Counted from the stretch's first letter, positions 40,435 to 53,283 are shown. The stretch: DNA of 64,000 nt from an uncultured bacterium (GCA_965369655.1 CBDUQR010000001.1:128001-192000), one strand, 5' to 3'. Program-made: numbers and translations. Notes: a model not told the origin generated them from the letters alone.

Positions 40435-41568
40435 TTACAGGAGCGCCGACTGGACATACTCGGCTGCCTTCGTATATGCCCCGCCCTCCCCCAACAACTC
40501 CGAGACTGCGGCGATTCTGGAGCGCATTCGAGACGCAAGATCGTGATCGGAGAGAATCTGCATGATGATCTCTGACAGTCGACGGGCATTTGCTTCAGCC
40601 TGAATCAACTCCGGATACACGGTCTCTCCCGCAATGATATTGGCCATTGCGATGTTGGGCACCCTGACCAGTCTCCTCGCGATCAGGCAGGTTAACGGAT
40701 TCGTCCTGTAGAGCACAATCGCGGGACATCTGCATATGGCTGTCTCGACAGTAGCGGTCCCGGATGCCACCAGCGTAAGATCGGCTGCGCTCAGGAGATC
40801 ATAGATATTGCCGTTGTACGTCGTCAGTTCGATGGCTGAACTCCTTGCCGCGAGAGCCACCAGTCGATTCTGAGATTCGTCCGACGGTCTGATGACAACA
40901 TTCAATTTGTTTCCCTGAATCATCGCGAGTTCGAGACCATCCAGCATCACAGGCAATATCCTCTCAATTTCCTGTCTGCGTGATCCGGGCAGGACAGCAA
41001 TCAGCCGTTCATCGGCATTGATCCGGATCGATTCTCTGAATTCATCGCGGGTGAGTTCTGGCTTCGCCTTGTCGATCAGCGGATGACCGAAATACTCCAC
41101 ATGCAGACCGTGTCGTGCAAAGAATTCCGGTTCAAACGGGAGAATCGAAATGAACTTCGCGTTCCAGCGTTTCATCTTCTCGATACGGCTTGCATGCCAC
41201 GCCCAAACCTGCGGGAGAATGTAGTACACGAACGGGATTTCAAGCTCATTCAGTCTCTGCGCGAACTTGAAATTCATGCCGGGATAATCGATAAGAATCG
41301 CGGCATCGGGAGGATTGTTCTCGAGACTCTTCGAGATCGTACGAAAGACATGCCTGAAGAATGGGAGCTTGCTGATAACCTCGGCGAAACCCATCGTCGA
41401 GATATCTGACACATGGAATTGAATATCCGCACCGAGTGATTTCAGATTGTCGCCGCCCAGCCCTCGGAATTCGCAGTCGGGACACAGTTTGATCAACTCT
41501 GTGGCCAGCCCGGCTCCGTGAAGATCGCCCGATGCCTCACCGGCGGATATGAAGATGCTCTTTTTCAC
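40435..41568 (-). CDS. lpxB: Lipid-A-disaccharide synthase
   Basis: AGEASGDLHG, IDYPGMN, PQVWAW, LPFE, GHPL, LPGSRRQE, ASGTATVE. Confidence 0.96.
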   Translation of the reverse strand: MKKSIFISAGEASGDLHGAGLATELIKLCPDCEFRGLGGDNLKSLGADIQFHVSDISTMGFAEVISKLPFFRHVFRTISKSLENNPPDAAILIDYPGMNFKFAQRLNELEIPFVYYILPQVWAWHASRIEKMKRWNAKFISILPFEPEFFARHGLHVEYFGHPLIDKAKPELTRDEFRESIRINADERLIAVLPGSRRQEIERILPVMLDGLELAMIQGNKLNVVIRPSDESQNRLVALAARSSAIELTTYNGNIYDLLSAADLTLVASGTATVETAICRCPAIVLYRTNPLTCLIARRLVRVPNIAMANIIAGETVYPELIQAEANARRLSEIIMQILSDHDLASRMRSRIAAVSELLGEGGAYTKAAEYVQSALL

Positions 41569-42575
41569 CTGAGACGGGAACGGAGGTTCGCGATACCGGC
41601 CTCGGCAATCCGCTCGATATCGGTCGCTACCTGAAGCGCTTCTGATGCTTCCTCGCCCGACACCGCCACGGGCGTATCATGCTGAACCGAATCAATAAAC
41701 GATAACAACTCGGCGGTCAGCATATCGTAGGAATCGATTGGTGGCTTATTGAATGCGATCTTCTTTCCGGTCTCGCCAAAATCGACCGTAGTCGAGAAGC
41801 CGTTCGTCTCGTCCATAGTCTCGCCCTGTTTGAGAAGACGATAGACTTCAGCCGACGGCCGGCCCAGATCGATAGAGATATATCCCCTCGGCTGAAATAT
41901 GCGAATCTTGCGCATCGCCTTCGGAGATATCCGCGACGCTGTCAGGTTCGCGACACACCCCGACTCGAACGACAGCCGCGCATTCGCGATATCCATGTGT
42001 TCGGAGACGACTGCGGCAGCCGATGCCTGTATATCGATCACTTTCGATCCCGTGAGATGCAGGCAGAGATCGATATCGTGAATCATCAGGTCAAATATCA
42101 CGGCGACATCGAGGCCGCGAAAGTTGAACGATGCAAGTCGGTGCGCCTCGATGAATGACGGATACTCGATCTTGTCCGCGAGCGCTTTCACTGCCGGATT
42201 GAATCTCTCAATATGCCCGACCATCAGTTTGAGATTCTTGCGCTTCGCTAGGTCGATCATCTCTCGCGCTTGATCGACCGTTGTGGCGATCGGTTTCTCG
42301 ACAAACAGATGCTTGCCTGCATCGAGAATTTCGAGCGCGCATCTGTGATGTTCCGATGTCGGAGTGACGAGAGATATCGCATCGCATTCATCTATTAACT
42401 CTGATACGTCGTCAAACGACTTCGTGCCGAATTCTGTTGCTGCGGCTTCCGCCTTCTCCGTGATAATATCGTGACACCCGACCAACTCGCATGATTCGAT
42501 CTGCGACAGAATCTTCACATGCGCCCGTCCAAGATGCCCAACACCGATAACGCCGATTCTAAGTTTATCAGACAA
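41565..42575 (-). CDS. Gfo/Idh/MocA oxidoreductase (GnnA-like UDP-GlcNAc 3-dehydrogenase)
   Basis: GVGHLG, VEKP, GHIERFNP, DLMIHDID, NLTASRIS; coupled to lpxB; start moved to TTG 42575 with GGGAGG RBS. Confidence 0.85.
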   Translation of the reverse strand: MSDKLRIGVIGVGHLGRAHVKILSQIESCELVGCHDIITEKAEAAATEFGTKSFDDVSELIDECDAISLVTPTSEHHRCALEILDAGKHLFVEKPIATTVDQAREMIDLAKRKNLKLMVGHIERFNPAVKALADKIEYPSFIEAHRLASFNFRGLDVAVIFDLMIHDIDLCLHLTGSKVIDIQASAAAVVSEHMDIANARLSFESGCVANLTASRISPKAMRKIRIFQPRGYISIDLGRPSAEVYRLLKQGETMDETNGFSTTVDFGETGKKIAFNKPPIDSYDMLTAELLSFIDSVQHDTPVAVSGEEASEALQVATDIERIAEAGIANLRSRLR

Positions 42576-42596
42576 CGTCCCTCCCTGATTGAGGGA

Positions 42597-42625
42597 AGGA
42601 TACGCGAGGAGATACAGATTGTCAA
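42597..42625 (-). promoter_or_regulatory. Sigma-70-type promoter for the oxidoreductase-lpxB pair
   Basis: TTGACA-N17-TATCCT. Confidence 0.55.
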
Positions 42626-43089
42626 TCCCGTAGATGTAGCTCACGCTCACTCGCCTGTCCTGAGTTTGACGAAGGGGAGCGTGAGGATCGAGATTGTCCT
42701 AATAGTGCCAATCAACTCAAGCAGGAAGCCGGCTCTGTCAGACCAAACGGCGTTCGAGAACGTTTATTTCACTTTTGTGATTCGCCCTTTCTTCCGCTAC
42801 TTGGAGATTGTGGATTTTGTATGCAATAAAGGAAAACAGAAGTACGAAAGATTAGCGCAATGGATGGGCTTCGAGAGTGAGTTCGCGTTTTAAGAAACTC
42901 TAGCGCGCGGTGTTCAACAAGAACTCAAAAAAACTATGAGAAGCAGCTGGCTGATCGCGTCGCATCTCAAGAAGAACAGCTTAGGCAATTGATTGATGGC
43001 CAAGTGCCAATTGATACCGAAGTATTCAACTTCTGTAACGATATACTTAAGGATAATAAAATAACCGAATGTAAGAATGTATCTGACAT

Positions 43090-43585
43090 CATTAGTGTCC
43101 GGTAAAAATTAGGAAATGGTCTGACTATCCTCGTTTTTGTGGATAGATTATCCCCTGAATTGACAGAATTTCAGAGGAGAACCAGACCATGAGACAAGTT
43201 AGTACGCTATTGTCAGAATTGCTCAGGATTTTTCCGAAATATGAATTTGAAAAGCTCGAAAAGCAGCATAAGGGGAACTACTACACCAAGTATTTTACCG
43301 GCTGGCAGCAGTTGATTGTGTTGTTATTTGCTCAGGTTGGCGGCAAAGACAGCCTTCGAAAAATTGAGACCTCGTTACATGTTCACCAGGCGAAATGATA
43401 TCATCTGGGGTTGAAGGGTGTCAAGCGGAGCACTCTCTCAGATGCCATGAGTAACCGTTCGTATGAGATTTTTGAGGGAGTTTTTTACAAGCTTCTTGAG
43501 AAATGCAGATCGGTTACTCCGAGACACAAATTTCGTTTTAAGAATCCGCTTTTTTCATTGAACTCGACTGTCATCGATTTAACCA
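43090..43585 (+). mobile_element. Truncated IS4-family element (left end plus 5' part of transposase)
   Basis: IS4-like end CATTAGTGTCC at 43090, followed by a DUF4372-type transposase N-terminus; AT-rich. Confidence 0.75.
43189..43585 (+). pseudogene. IS4-family transposase fragment (DUF4372 domain)
   Basis: FTGWQQLIVLLFAQ..KDSLRKIE..HQAK*YHLG..RSTLSDA..KFRFKNPLFSLNSTVIDL; in-frame TGA at 43396-43398 and loss of most of the DDE domain. Confidence 0.85.
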
Positions 43586-43633
43586 ATATTCAGTGCCACT
43601 TTCTGTGGTTCTACCGGGCTATCTCAGCAGTCC

Positions 43634-44596
43634 TCATACCACTTTCCGTCTCAGAATATCATGCAGATGGATCAGGCCGGTTGGTTTGCCGTCGGAATCG
43701 ACTACGGCCAATGATGTGATACTGTGAGTCTCCATGATCGAGAGGGCTTTCTCGACCAGTTCATCAGCGGGGATGGTCTTGGGGTTCTGGGTCATATACT
43801 TCGAGACCGGTTTCACCAGAAAATCGTTGCCCTGTTCGACCGTTCGCCTGAGATCGCCGTCGGTGAAGATGCCGACCAATCTGCCGGAATCGTCGACCAC
43901 AATCGTGACGCCGAGTCTCTTCGTGGTGATCTCAAGAATCGCGTCTTTAGTCAACGCCGATATTTTCACAATCGGCATCTCGTCACCGGTGTGCATCAGA
44001 TCGGAGACGTGCAGGAGCAGCCGTCGTCCCAGCGCGCCGCCCGGATGACGAAGCGCAAAATCCTCAGGGGAGAATCCGCGCATCTCGAGCAGCACAATCG
44101 CGAGAGCATCGCCGAGAACAAGCGCGGCTGTCGATGACGTCGTCGGCACCAGATTGAATTCGTCGGCTTCGGAATCGACACCCGCATCGAGCACAGCATC
44201 GCACTTCTTAGCCAATGGCGAGTCCGTATTTCCCACGATCCCGATGATCGGTACGGCGAGCCGCTTGAACGGCGGTATGAGTTGCGAAAGCTCGTCGGTA
44301 TCGCCTGATTTGGAGAAAATCAGCACGACATCATCAGGCGTGACGATCCCCAAATCGCCGTGCATTCCCTCGGATGGATGCAGGAACATCGAGGGCGTTC
44401 CGGTGGAATTGAACGTGCCTGTGATCTTGCGCGCGATGATTCCCGATTTGCCGATGCCGGTCACTATCACGCGGCCCTTGCAGGAATACAGCAGGTCCAG
44501 CGCGCGATCGAAATTCTCGTCGAGCTTCTCGGCCAGCTTTCCAACCTGTTCCGCCTGGCTGCGGATTACACGTATTGCGCGTTCACGTCTGTTCAT
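43634..44596 (-). CDS. kdsD: Arabinose-5-phosphate isomerase (KpsF/GutQ family)
   Basis: TGIGKSG, HGDLG, PTTSST, HPGGALG, paired CBS domains. Confidence 0.95.
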   Translation of the reverse strand: MNRRERAIRVIRSQAEQVGKLAEKLDENFDRALDLLYSCKGRVIVTGIGKSGIIARKITGTFNSTGTPSMFLHPSEGMHGDLGIVTPDDVVLIFSKSGDTDELSQLIPPFKRLAVPIIGIVGNTDSPLAKKCDAVLDAGVDSEADEFNLVPTTSSTAALVLGDALAIVLLEMRGFSPEDFALRHPGGALGRRLLLHVSDLMHTGDEMPIVKISALTKDAILEITTKRLGVTIVVDDSGRLVGIFTDGDLRRTVEQGNDFLVKPVSKYMTQNPKTIPADELVEKALSIMETHSITSLAVVDSDGKPTGLIHLHDILRRKVV

Positions 44597-45117
44597 ATCA
44601 GGTCTGTCAGTTTCTTACCCTTCGCCAAAGCAACAAGTTCATACAGGTCGCGCACAGCGCCATGTCCACCGGCTCTTTTCGTTTTGTGATGTGATACACG
44701 AACAACCTCTCGAACGGCATCAGCAGGGCAGGCGGCGGTTCCGGCCGCTTCCATGACTTCGATATCGAGAATGTCGTTGCCCATGAAGATCGTCTCCTCA
44801 GGGGTGACGCCGGCGCGTTTCAGCATGTCGTTAAAGCATCCGATCTTGTCCATCTCCTGATAGACGTATGGAATCTGCAGTTCCGACATTCTGGCATCTG
44901 TGGCGGCTGAGTGGCGAGCAGATACTATTCCCGTCTCGATACCGATTCTGGTGATAAGCCTGATCGCGAGCCCATCCGATACGAAAAACCTTTTCAACTC
45001 GTAGCCGTCAGGACCAACGTATATCGTGTCATCGGTCAGGACGCCGTCAACATCGAGGACAATCAGTTTGACCAGTTTGATTCTCTTAAGGAATTTCTCA
45101 CGAGTCAGAAGCGGCAT
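44593..45117 (-). CDS. kdsC: KDO-8-phosphate phosphatase
   Basis: LDVDGVLTD, GGHGAVRD; start moved to ATG 45117. Confidence 0.93.
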   Translation of the reverse strand: MPLLTREKFLKRIKLVKLIVLDVDGVLTDDTIYVGPDGYELKRFFVSDGLAIRLITRIGIETGIVSARHSAATDARMSELQIPYVYQEMDKIGCFNDMLKRAGVTPEETIFMGNDILDIEVMEAAGTAACPADAVREVVRVSHHKTKRAGGHGAVRDLYELVALAKGKKLTDLI

Positions 45118-45118
45118 G

Positions 45119-48319
<3,201 letters not shown>

Positions 48320-48323
<4 letters not shown>

Positions 48324-48610
48324 TTCTCGATCACTTTCGGGACCGAGAACATGTTTCTCTCTGTTACACTGGCATTCCCGATGGCTTCTGTCACAGGTAG
48401 CGACGGCCTGACTTTGTCGTCGCGAAGAGCATCGTGCAACATGTCAGTTACGAGCTGCGGTTCGACCCCCTGTGCGTCGATCTGCTTGAGAATATCGAGA
48501 TAGCCGAGAATCTTGCTCAAATCAGCACGGAATCGCTCCAGCTCAACCGGTGTCAACTTCAGCTTTGCCAAAGCCGCAATATGTTCGACTTCGTTTCTCA
48601 ATACAGACAT
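48320..48610 (-). CDS. gatC: Asp/Glu-tRNA amidotransferase subunit C
   Basis: VEHIAALAKL, LRDD, FSVPKVIE. Confidence 0.92.
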
Positions 48611-48673
48611 ATTCTATTCACCTCACACACTGAGAGATATTATGTGGCTGAGAGGGTATTGTCAAGGAACAGA

Positions 48674-48700
48674 AAAGCGGGCGGCTGAGCCGCCCGCTTT
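48674..48700. terminator. Intrinsic terminator after the histone-like gene
   Basis: AAAGCGGGCGGC-TGA-GCCGCCCGCTTT perfect inverted repeat. Confidence 0.88.
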
Positions 48701-48735
48701 CACCACGAACTTCATCTGAAACAGCAGTCAGACGA

Positions 48736-48954
48736 TTATCTCTTTTTTGCTGTTTTCTTCTTAGCTACTTTCTTCTTGGTGACTTTCTTCTTGGCGACTT
48801 TTTTCTTCGCCACTTTCTTTCTCCCTGTCTTCTTCGTTACTTTCTTCTTAGCGACCTTTTTCTTCGCTACTTTCTTCCTGGCCGTTTTCTTAGTCGTTTT
48901 CTTTCTTGTTGTCTTCTTGGTCGCTTTCTTCCTCGCTGTCTTCTTAACCGGCAT
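48736..48954 (-). CDS. Histone H1-like Lys-rich protein (72 aa)
   Basis: MPVKKTARKKATKK...; tandem KKVAK/KKVTK/KKTAR pentapeptides; GAGGAG RBS before ATG 48954; terminator downstream. Confidence 0.85.
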   Translation of the reverse strand: MPVKKTARKKATKKTTRKKTTKKTARKKVAKKKVAKKKVTKKTGRKKVAKKKVAKKKVTKKKVAKKKTAKKR

Positions 48955-49203
48955 GGCCTCACTCCTCGGTAAGGGTTTGGTTTCTTTTCCTTTGAGCGGA
49001 ATTTTAACTTTGTTCAAACATCAGTCAACAAAAAATCTTTCATAAGGTATTCTTTTCATCGGCGATTTCGAATACAGACGTTAGTGTCGTGTGCAACATT
49101 TCAATCAACGACATGAATGCGGTGACGGTGACAACATCAATTTCACCATAACTTCCGTTGAGTGAGGTAAGCTCTCTGCGTTTTCAAAGATGTTATCCAT
49201 GTC

Positions 49204-50193
49204 TTAACGCGACTTGATTCGTCGTCTCGCGTTGTTGTGTTCGCGAAGAGTCTTCGAAAATATATGCCCGCCGTTTCCATCGGCGACGAAGTAGAGGTAG
49301 TCGGTGTCCGATGGATAGAGCGCAGCGACCAATGATGCCGCACCGGGCGAACAGATCGGTCCGGGCGGCAGACCGGAATACTTGTAGGTGTTATACGGTG
49401 AATCCACTTCGAGATCCTTATAGAGCAACGGTCTGTCGAGCCCGCCGAGCGCATAGATGACTGTTGGATCACACTGAAGAAGCATTCCCTTGTCGAGACG
49501 GTTGTGGTAGACCGAAGATATGAGCGCCCGTTCCTCACCATTCTTCGCTTCGGCTTCAATCAGTGAGGCGAATGTTACGAGTTCATGGAATGTAAACTGC
49601 ATTCGCTCCATCTGATTCTGAAGCGAATCAGACATGAACTTCGTTAGTTGTCCAACGATAGTCGCCAGCACATGATCGGGAGGCGAGCCCCAGGGAATCA
49701 GATACGTCTCGGGAAACAGATAACCTTCGAGGGAATCTGCGTCTATGCCGAACGATTCGATAAAGCTTCTGTCGGTCGCCAACGCCTCAAACTCGGCGAT
49801 ATCGATATCGGCGGCGCTGGAAAGAATGCGCAGAATCCGATTCAACGTCAGTCCTTCGGGAATAGTGATTTTGAGTTCGGATGATTTACCTTCACTCAGG
49901 ATTTCGAGAATGTCCCACCGAGTATGATCCCTGGTGAAGTCATATCTGCCGACCTTAAGATTTTTATCGAGCCCGGACACGGAACAGAGCAGACGGAAGC
50001 TCCGGTCGGATGGAAACAGTTTCAGGCTGTCGACACGTATCGAGACCCGTCGCGCAGTCTCCCCGGAGTAGATGTAGAGCGAAATCCCTTCAGGCACGGT
50101 CACCGGCTTAACTGCGAACCATGAGTACGACAGCAACACCGCGACAACAACGAGCAGGAGTGCAACAACAACGATCAAGCGGATTGACTTCAT
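49204..50193 (-). CDS. mltG: Endolytic transglycosylase MltG
   Basis: ITIPEG, LEGYLFPETY, ASLIEAE, LQCDPTVIY, SPYNTY, GLPPGPI, YLYFVA. Confidence 0.96.
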   Translation of the reverse strand: MKSIRLIVVVALLLVVVAVLLSYSWFAVKPVTVPEGISLYIYSGETARRVSIRVDSLKLFPSDRSFRLLCSVSGLDKNLKVGRYDFTRDHTRWDILEILSEGKSSELKITIPEGLTLNRILRILSSAADIDIAEFEALATDRSFIESFGIDADSLEGYLFPETYLIPWGSPPDHVLATIVGQLTKFMSDSLQNQMERMQFTFHELVTFASLIEAEAKNGEERALISSVYHNRLDKGMLLQCDPTVIYALGGLDRPLLYKDLEVDSPYNTYKYSGLPPGPICSPGAASLVAALYPSDTDYLYFVADGNGGHIFSKTLREHNNARRRIKSR

Positions 50194-50196
50194 CGG

Positions 50197-50325
50197 TTAC
50201 AGCTTCTTGAACAGCCGCACAGGATACGACATGAGTTTGAGTGGTACATACAGAATCGCCGATGCCAGAATGAGAGTCGTGAAGAAAAGCCACGAGAAAA
50301 TATCTGTGATCGAAGATCGTGACAT
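50197..50325 (-). CDS. 42-aa hydrophobic small protein (not in ORF track)
   Basis: MSRSSITDIFSWLFFTTLILASAILYVPLKLMSYPVRLFKKL; fills the ruvX-mltG gap with 3-nt spacers on each side. Confidence 0.6.
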   Translation of the reverse strand: MSRSSITDIFSWLFFTTLILASAILYVPLKLMSYPVRLFKKL

Positions 50326-50328
50326 TCT

Positions 50329-50751
50329 CTACAGCCCTTTCCCTCTGTCGAGATATTCGTTTAAGATCACCTCGGCTGCCCCGGCGTCGACACGACCCTT
50401 GTCATCGCCGATCCTTCCGCCTGCAGCGTGGATGTGACCGAGCGCGATCACCGATGTGTATCGCTCATCAAGAGTATCAAACGCGACTGTCGGGAGACCG
50501 GCCTTAAGACCCGCACAGATTTCGTCGATCTCTTCGCAGAGTTCACCACGCTCTCCATCCTCGCGGATCGGATAACCGAGGACGACCTCGTCGATATCAT
50601 GTGAGCGAATATACGACATGAGCTTCTTGACAGCATCTTTCTTTCCGCTGACCTGAATAGCCTCTGAATGAGACACGATAATCCTGTCGGGATCGGAGTA
50701 GGCCACTCCAATTCGTCTTCTTCCATAATCGATCGCAAGGATTCTTCCCAT
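50329..50751 (-). CDS. ruvX: YqgF/RuvX family pre-16S rRNA nuclease
   Basis: MGRILAIDYGRRRIGVAYSD, VLGYP, DERYTS, VDAGAAEVIL; start moved to ATG 50751. Confidence 0.94.
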   Translation of the reverse strand: MGRILAIDYGRRRIGVAYSDPDRIIVSHSEAIQVSGKKDAVKKLMSYIRSHDIDEVVLGYPIREDGERGELCEEIDEICAGLKAGLPTVAFDTLDERYTSVIALGHIHAAGGRIGDDKGRVDAGAAEVILNEYLDRGKGL

Positions 50752-50959
50752 ATTATTGTATATACGCCCATGTTCATTCCAAGTCAACCGTGATGCAACC
50801 TGTTTCACAAAAAGCGATACAAATGTGCAGACACTTGCCGTACGCAAGTCGCTGCATGATGGTGTTCAATTTCTGAACAGCCTGCCTAAATCATGCTGCG
50901 CCAATGTGTAATATGCCTCAGCACCCGATCGGCTGACAAGCCGACGCCATGCTGTCGGT

Positions 50960-50976
50960 ACGGCACGCGCGTTGCG
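50960..50976 (+). promoter_or_regulatory. Sigma-54 (-24/-12) promoter
   Basis: ACGGCACGCGCGTTGCG matches the GGCACG-N4-TTGC core exactly, about 40 nt upstream of ATG 51019. Confidence 0.7.
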
Positions 50977-51018
50977 TCATCAGCAGACAGAGAAGAGAAT
51001 AGAGATGAAGGAGGCCGC

Positions 51019-51639
51019 ATGTTAGCAACAAGATATGAGAGAGGTTTCCCGAGAGAAAGGCTCGATAAATTCTCGGAGCCGAAAGTGAAGCGCGACGACA
51101 AGGGTTTCTATATAATGACGCTGAGCGAAAACGTCAAGGTCTACATCGAGGACTACTACTCATTCCTTGAGGAACTGTGGGAACGCGCGGAGGCAAAATA
51201 CCGCAAGTATGACGCCAAGCTCGCAGACGTCGACCCGTCGCAGCAGGAAACGATTTCATTTTACAGATCGCAGAAGATCATCTTCACAATACTGCTCAAG
51301 AACATTCGATCATTCTATACCGACGCCAACAACCTCAGTATCATAATGACGCCCTGGTGTTTTGGTACTGTGGTTCTCGAAAAAGTCGAGGCGTTCAGAG
51401 ACAAGCTGAGGAAGGGCGAGATCGAAGGCGAGGACGTCGGGGACTACCCGTACTATGTTGTTCGCTACATAGACGAGACCTACAAGAAGACCCTCCTCGA
51501 CATATTCGCCTTTCCGCCTAAGGCGTTCTCTATGCGATGGCAGTATTCGGAACTGTTGAAAAGATACAGCAAGTCGTTGACGAATATTTCTTCCTCCCTC
51601 CAGAGCGTACTTCTCATGATCAAGAACTACACTTCTTGA
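51019..51639 (+). CDS. Hypothetical cytoplasmic protein
   Basis: AAGGAGG RBS before ATG 51019; genome-typical codon usage; no motif I recognise. Confidence 0.8.
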   Translation: MLATRYERGFPRERLDKFSEPKVKRDDKGFYIMTLSENVKVYIEDYYSFLEELWERAEAKYRKYDAKLADVDPSQQETISFYRSQKIIFTILLKNIRSFYTDANNLSIIMTPWCFGTVVLEKVEAFRDKLRKGEIEGEDVGDYPYYVVRYIDETYKKTLLDIFAFPPKAFSMRWQYSELLKRYSKSLTNISSSLQSVLLMIKNYTS

Positions 51640-51739
51640 TCTCTATTCTCTCCCGTGCGTGATAGAAATCCTGTCTCTCGGCAGGATTTCTTTGTTTCGT
51701 GTTTAATGTGAAACAGCTCCCGACCGATAATTCATACAA

Positions 51740-52732
51740 ATGGTTAACTCGGCAGTAAAGCAGACCGGGGAATCGGTTTTTCCATATCTCCCCATATACC
51801 TCGATAGTCTGGTAGTGGATACCGTGCTCGACTTCGACCTGTTCCTCAAATTCGGACGAGAGTTGGTTCTCTACAGATCGAGCCGTCTTCCATTCACCGA
51901 ACGCAGCCGAACGAAACTTGTCGAAAACAATGTCACCAGACTGTTCGTGCCCGTTACTGCAAAACAGGAATACCGTAAGTACCTCGAGAACAATCTGACG
52001 AGAATTGTGGAGGATACTGCGATTCAAGAGGAGACAAAAGCTGCGATAGTATATGATTCGTCAAAGGCGCTCGTCAAAGACATCCTGGACAACCCGTCTC
52101 TGTCGGAAAACATCGAACGATCAAAAAACATGGTGGGCAACCATATCCTATACATAATGCGCGGCAGGGAGGCATTTCTCAACCTGCTGAAAATTGCTTC
52201 GTTCGACTACTACCTGTACACTCATTCAGTCAATGTCTGCTCATTCTCGATCGCCCTTGCCATGCACTTAGGTATTAAAGACAAGGAATCACTCTGGCTG
52301 CTCGGTCTTGGCGCGCTCCTGCATGATGTCGGCAAATCGAGGATTTCGGGCCGCATACTCAACAAGAGCGCCCCGCTCAATCGCGCCGAGTTCGAGATCG
52401 TGAAGAAGCATCCCTCATGGGGCAAAGAGATCTTGAGCGAAACGGATATCATCCCTGACGAAGCATACTACCCCATCATGCAGCATCACGAGCGTCTCGA
52501 TGGCTCAGGTTACCCGCGAGGAATCTCCGGTAGCGAGATTCACCACTACGGGAGAATAATCGCCGTCTGCGATGTATTTGATGCCCTGACCACACAAAGA
52601 GCCTATCAGGACGCGATGGGCACCTACCCTGCTCTGAGGGAGATGTACAATCAACGACAAGCCTATGATAGCAAGATTCTCGAAGCATTCACGATGCTAA
52701 TGGGGCCGAATGAACCCATCCTGCAGCCATAG
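51740..52732 (+). CDS. HD-GYP domain phosphodiesterase
   Basis: YTHSVNV, LLHDVGK, HHERLDGSGYP, DVFDALT. Confidence 0.93.
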   Translation: MVNSAVKQTGESVFPYLPIYLDSLVVDTVLDFDLFLKFGRELVLYRSSRLPFTERSRTKLVENNVTRLFVPVTAKQEYRKYLENNLTRIVEDTAIQEETKAAIVYDSSKALVKDILDNPSLSENIERSKNMVGNHILYIMRGREAFLNLLKIASFDYYLYTHSVNVCSFSIALAMHLGIKDKESLWLLGLGALLHDVGKSRISGRILNKSAPLNRAEFEIVKKHPSWGKEILSETDIIPDEAYYPIMQHHERLDGSGYPRGISGSEIHHYGRIIAVCDVFDALTTQRAYQDAMGTYPALREMYNQRQAYDSKILEAFTMLMGPNEPILQP

Positions 52733-52815
52733 CACACCAATCGAGCCCCAGGGCACAACCCTGATTGACATTCCCGACCGGTACTCCTATTTTGTCTGCT
52801 GGAAAGGAGAATGTA

Positions 52816-53202
52816 GTGGGAAAGAGAATCATCTCTACCGACAAAGCGCCGCAGATGACAGGCGCGTACTCCCAGGCGATTACCTCTGATAACCTGCGAA
52901 TGGTATTCTGCTCCGGACAGATAGCCATCGATCCCGAATCGAATAACATGATCACGGGCGGAATCCGTGAGCAGACAGAACGAGTCATCAGGAATGTCGG
53001 GGCTGTCCTCGACGCGGCGGGGTCCGACCTAAGCAGAGTGTTGAAAGTAACGGTCTTTCTGAAGAGCATGAATGACTTCCCTGTTTTCAACGAGGTCTAC
53101 GCCGGATTCTTCGGGTCATCGCCTCCGGCGAGAGCCACTGTAGAAGTGTCGGGACTTCCAAAAGGCGCGCTTATCGAAATGGACGCGATTGCAGAAATAT
53201 GA
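52816..53202 (+). CDS. RidA family enamine/imine deaminase
   Basis: GAYSQA, FCSGQI, KVTVFL, PPARATVEVSGLP, IEMDAIA; GTG start after AAGGAG. Confidence 0.93.
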   Translation: MGKRIISTDKAPQMTGAYSQAITSDNLRMVFCSGQIAIDPESNNMITGGIREQTERVIRNVGAVLDAAGSDLSRVLKVTVFLKSMNDFPVFNEVYAGFFGSSPPARATVEVSGLPKGALIEMDAIAEI

Positions 53203-53283
53203 TCACATTTGAGAAAGGAGAGGGTCTATGCACCGGACCGAGACGTATAACCTCAGGACAAACACTTAACAGGAGGATAAATC

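Noticed and set aside
43396-43398. In-frame TGA in the IS4 transposase as selenocysteine or as evidence of TGA recoding
   Set aside because: Not in a Cys redox motif; the gene is also truncated; many intact genes here end in TGA overlapping the next start, so TGA is a normal stop
48736-48954. Short tandem repeats as a CRISPR array or DNA satellite
   Set aside because: The 15-nt period comes from a Lys-rich protein with varied codons; there is no repeat-spacer structure and no cas gene in the window
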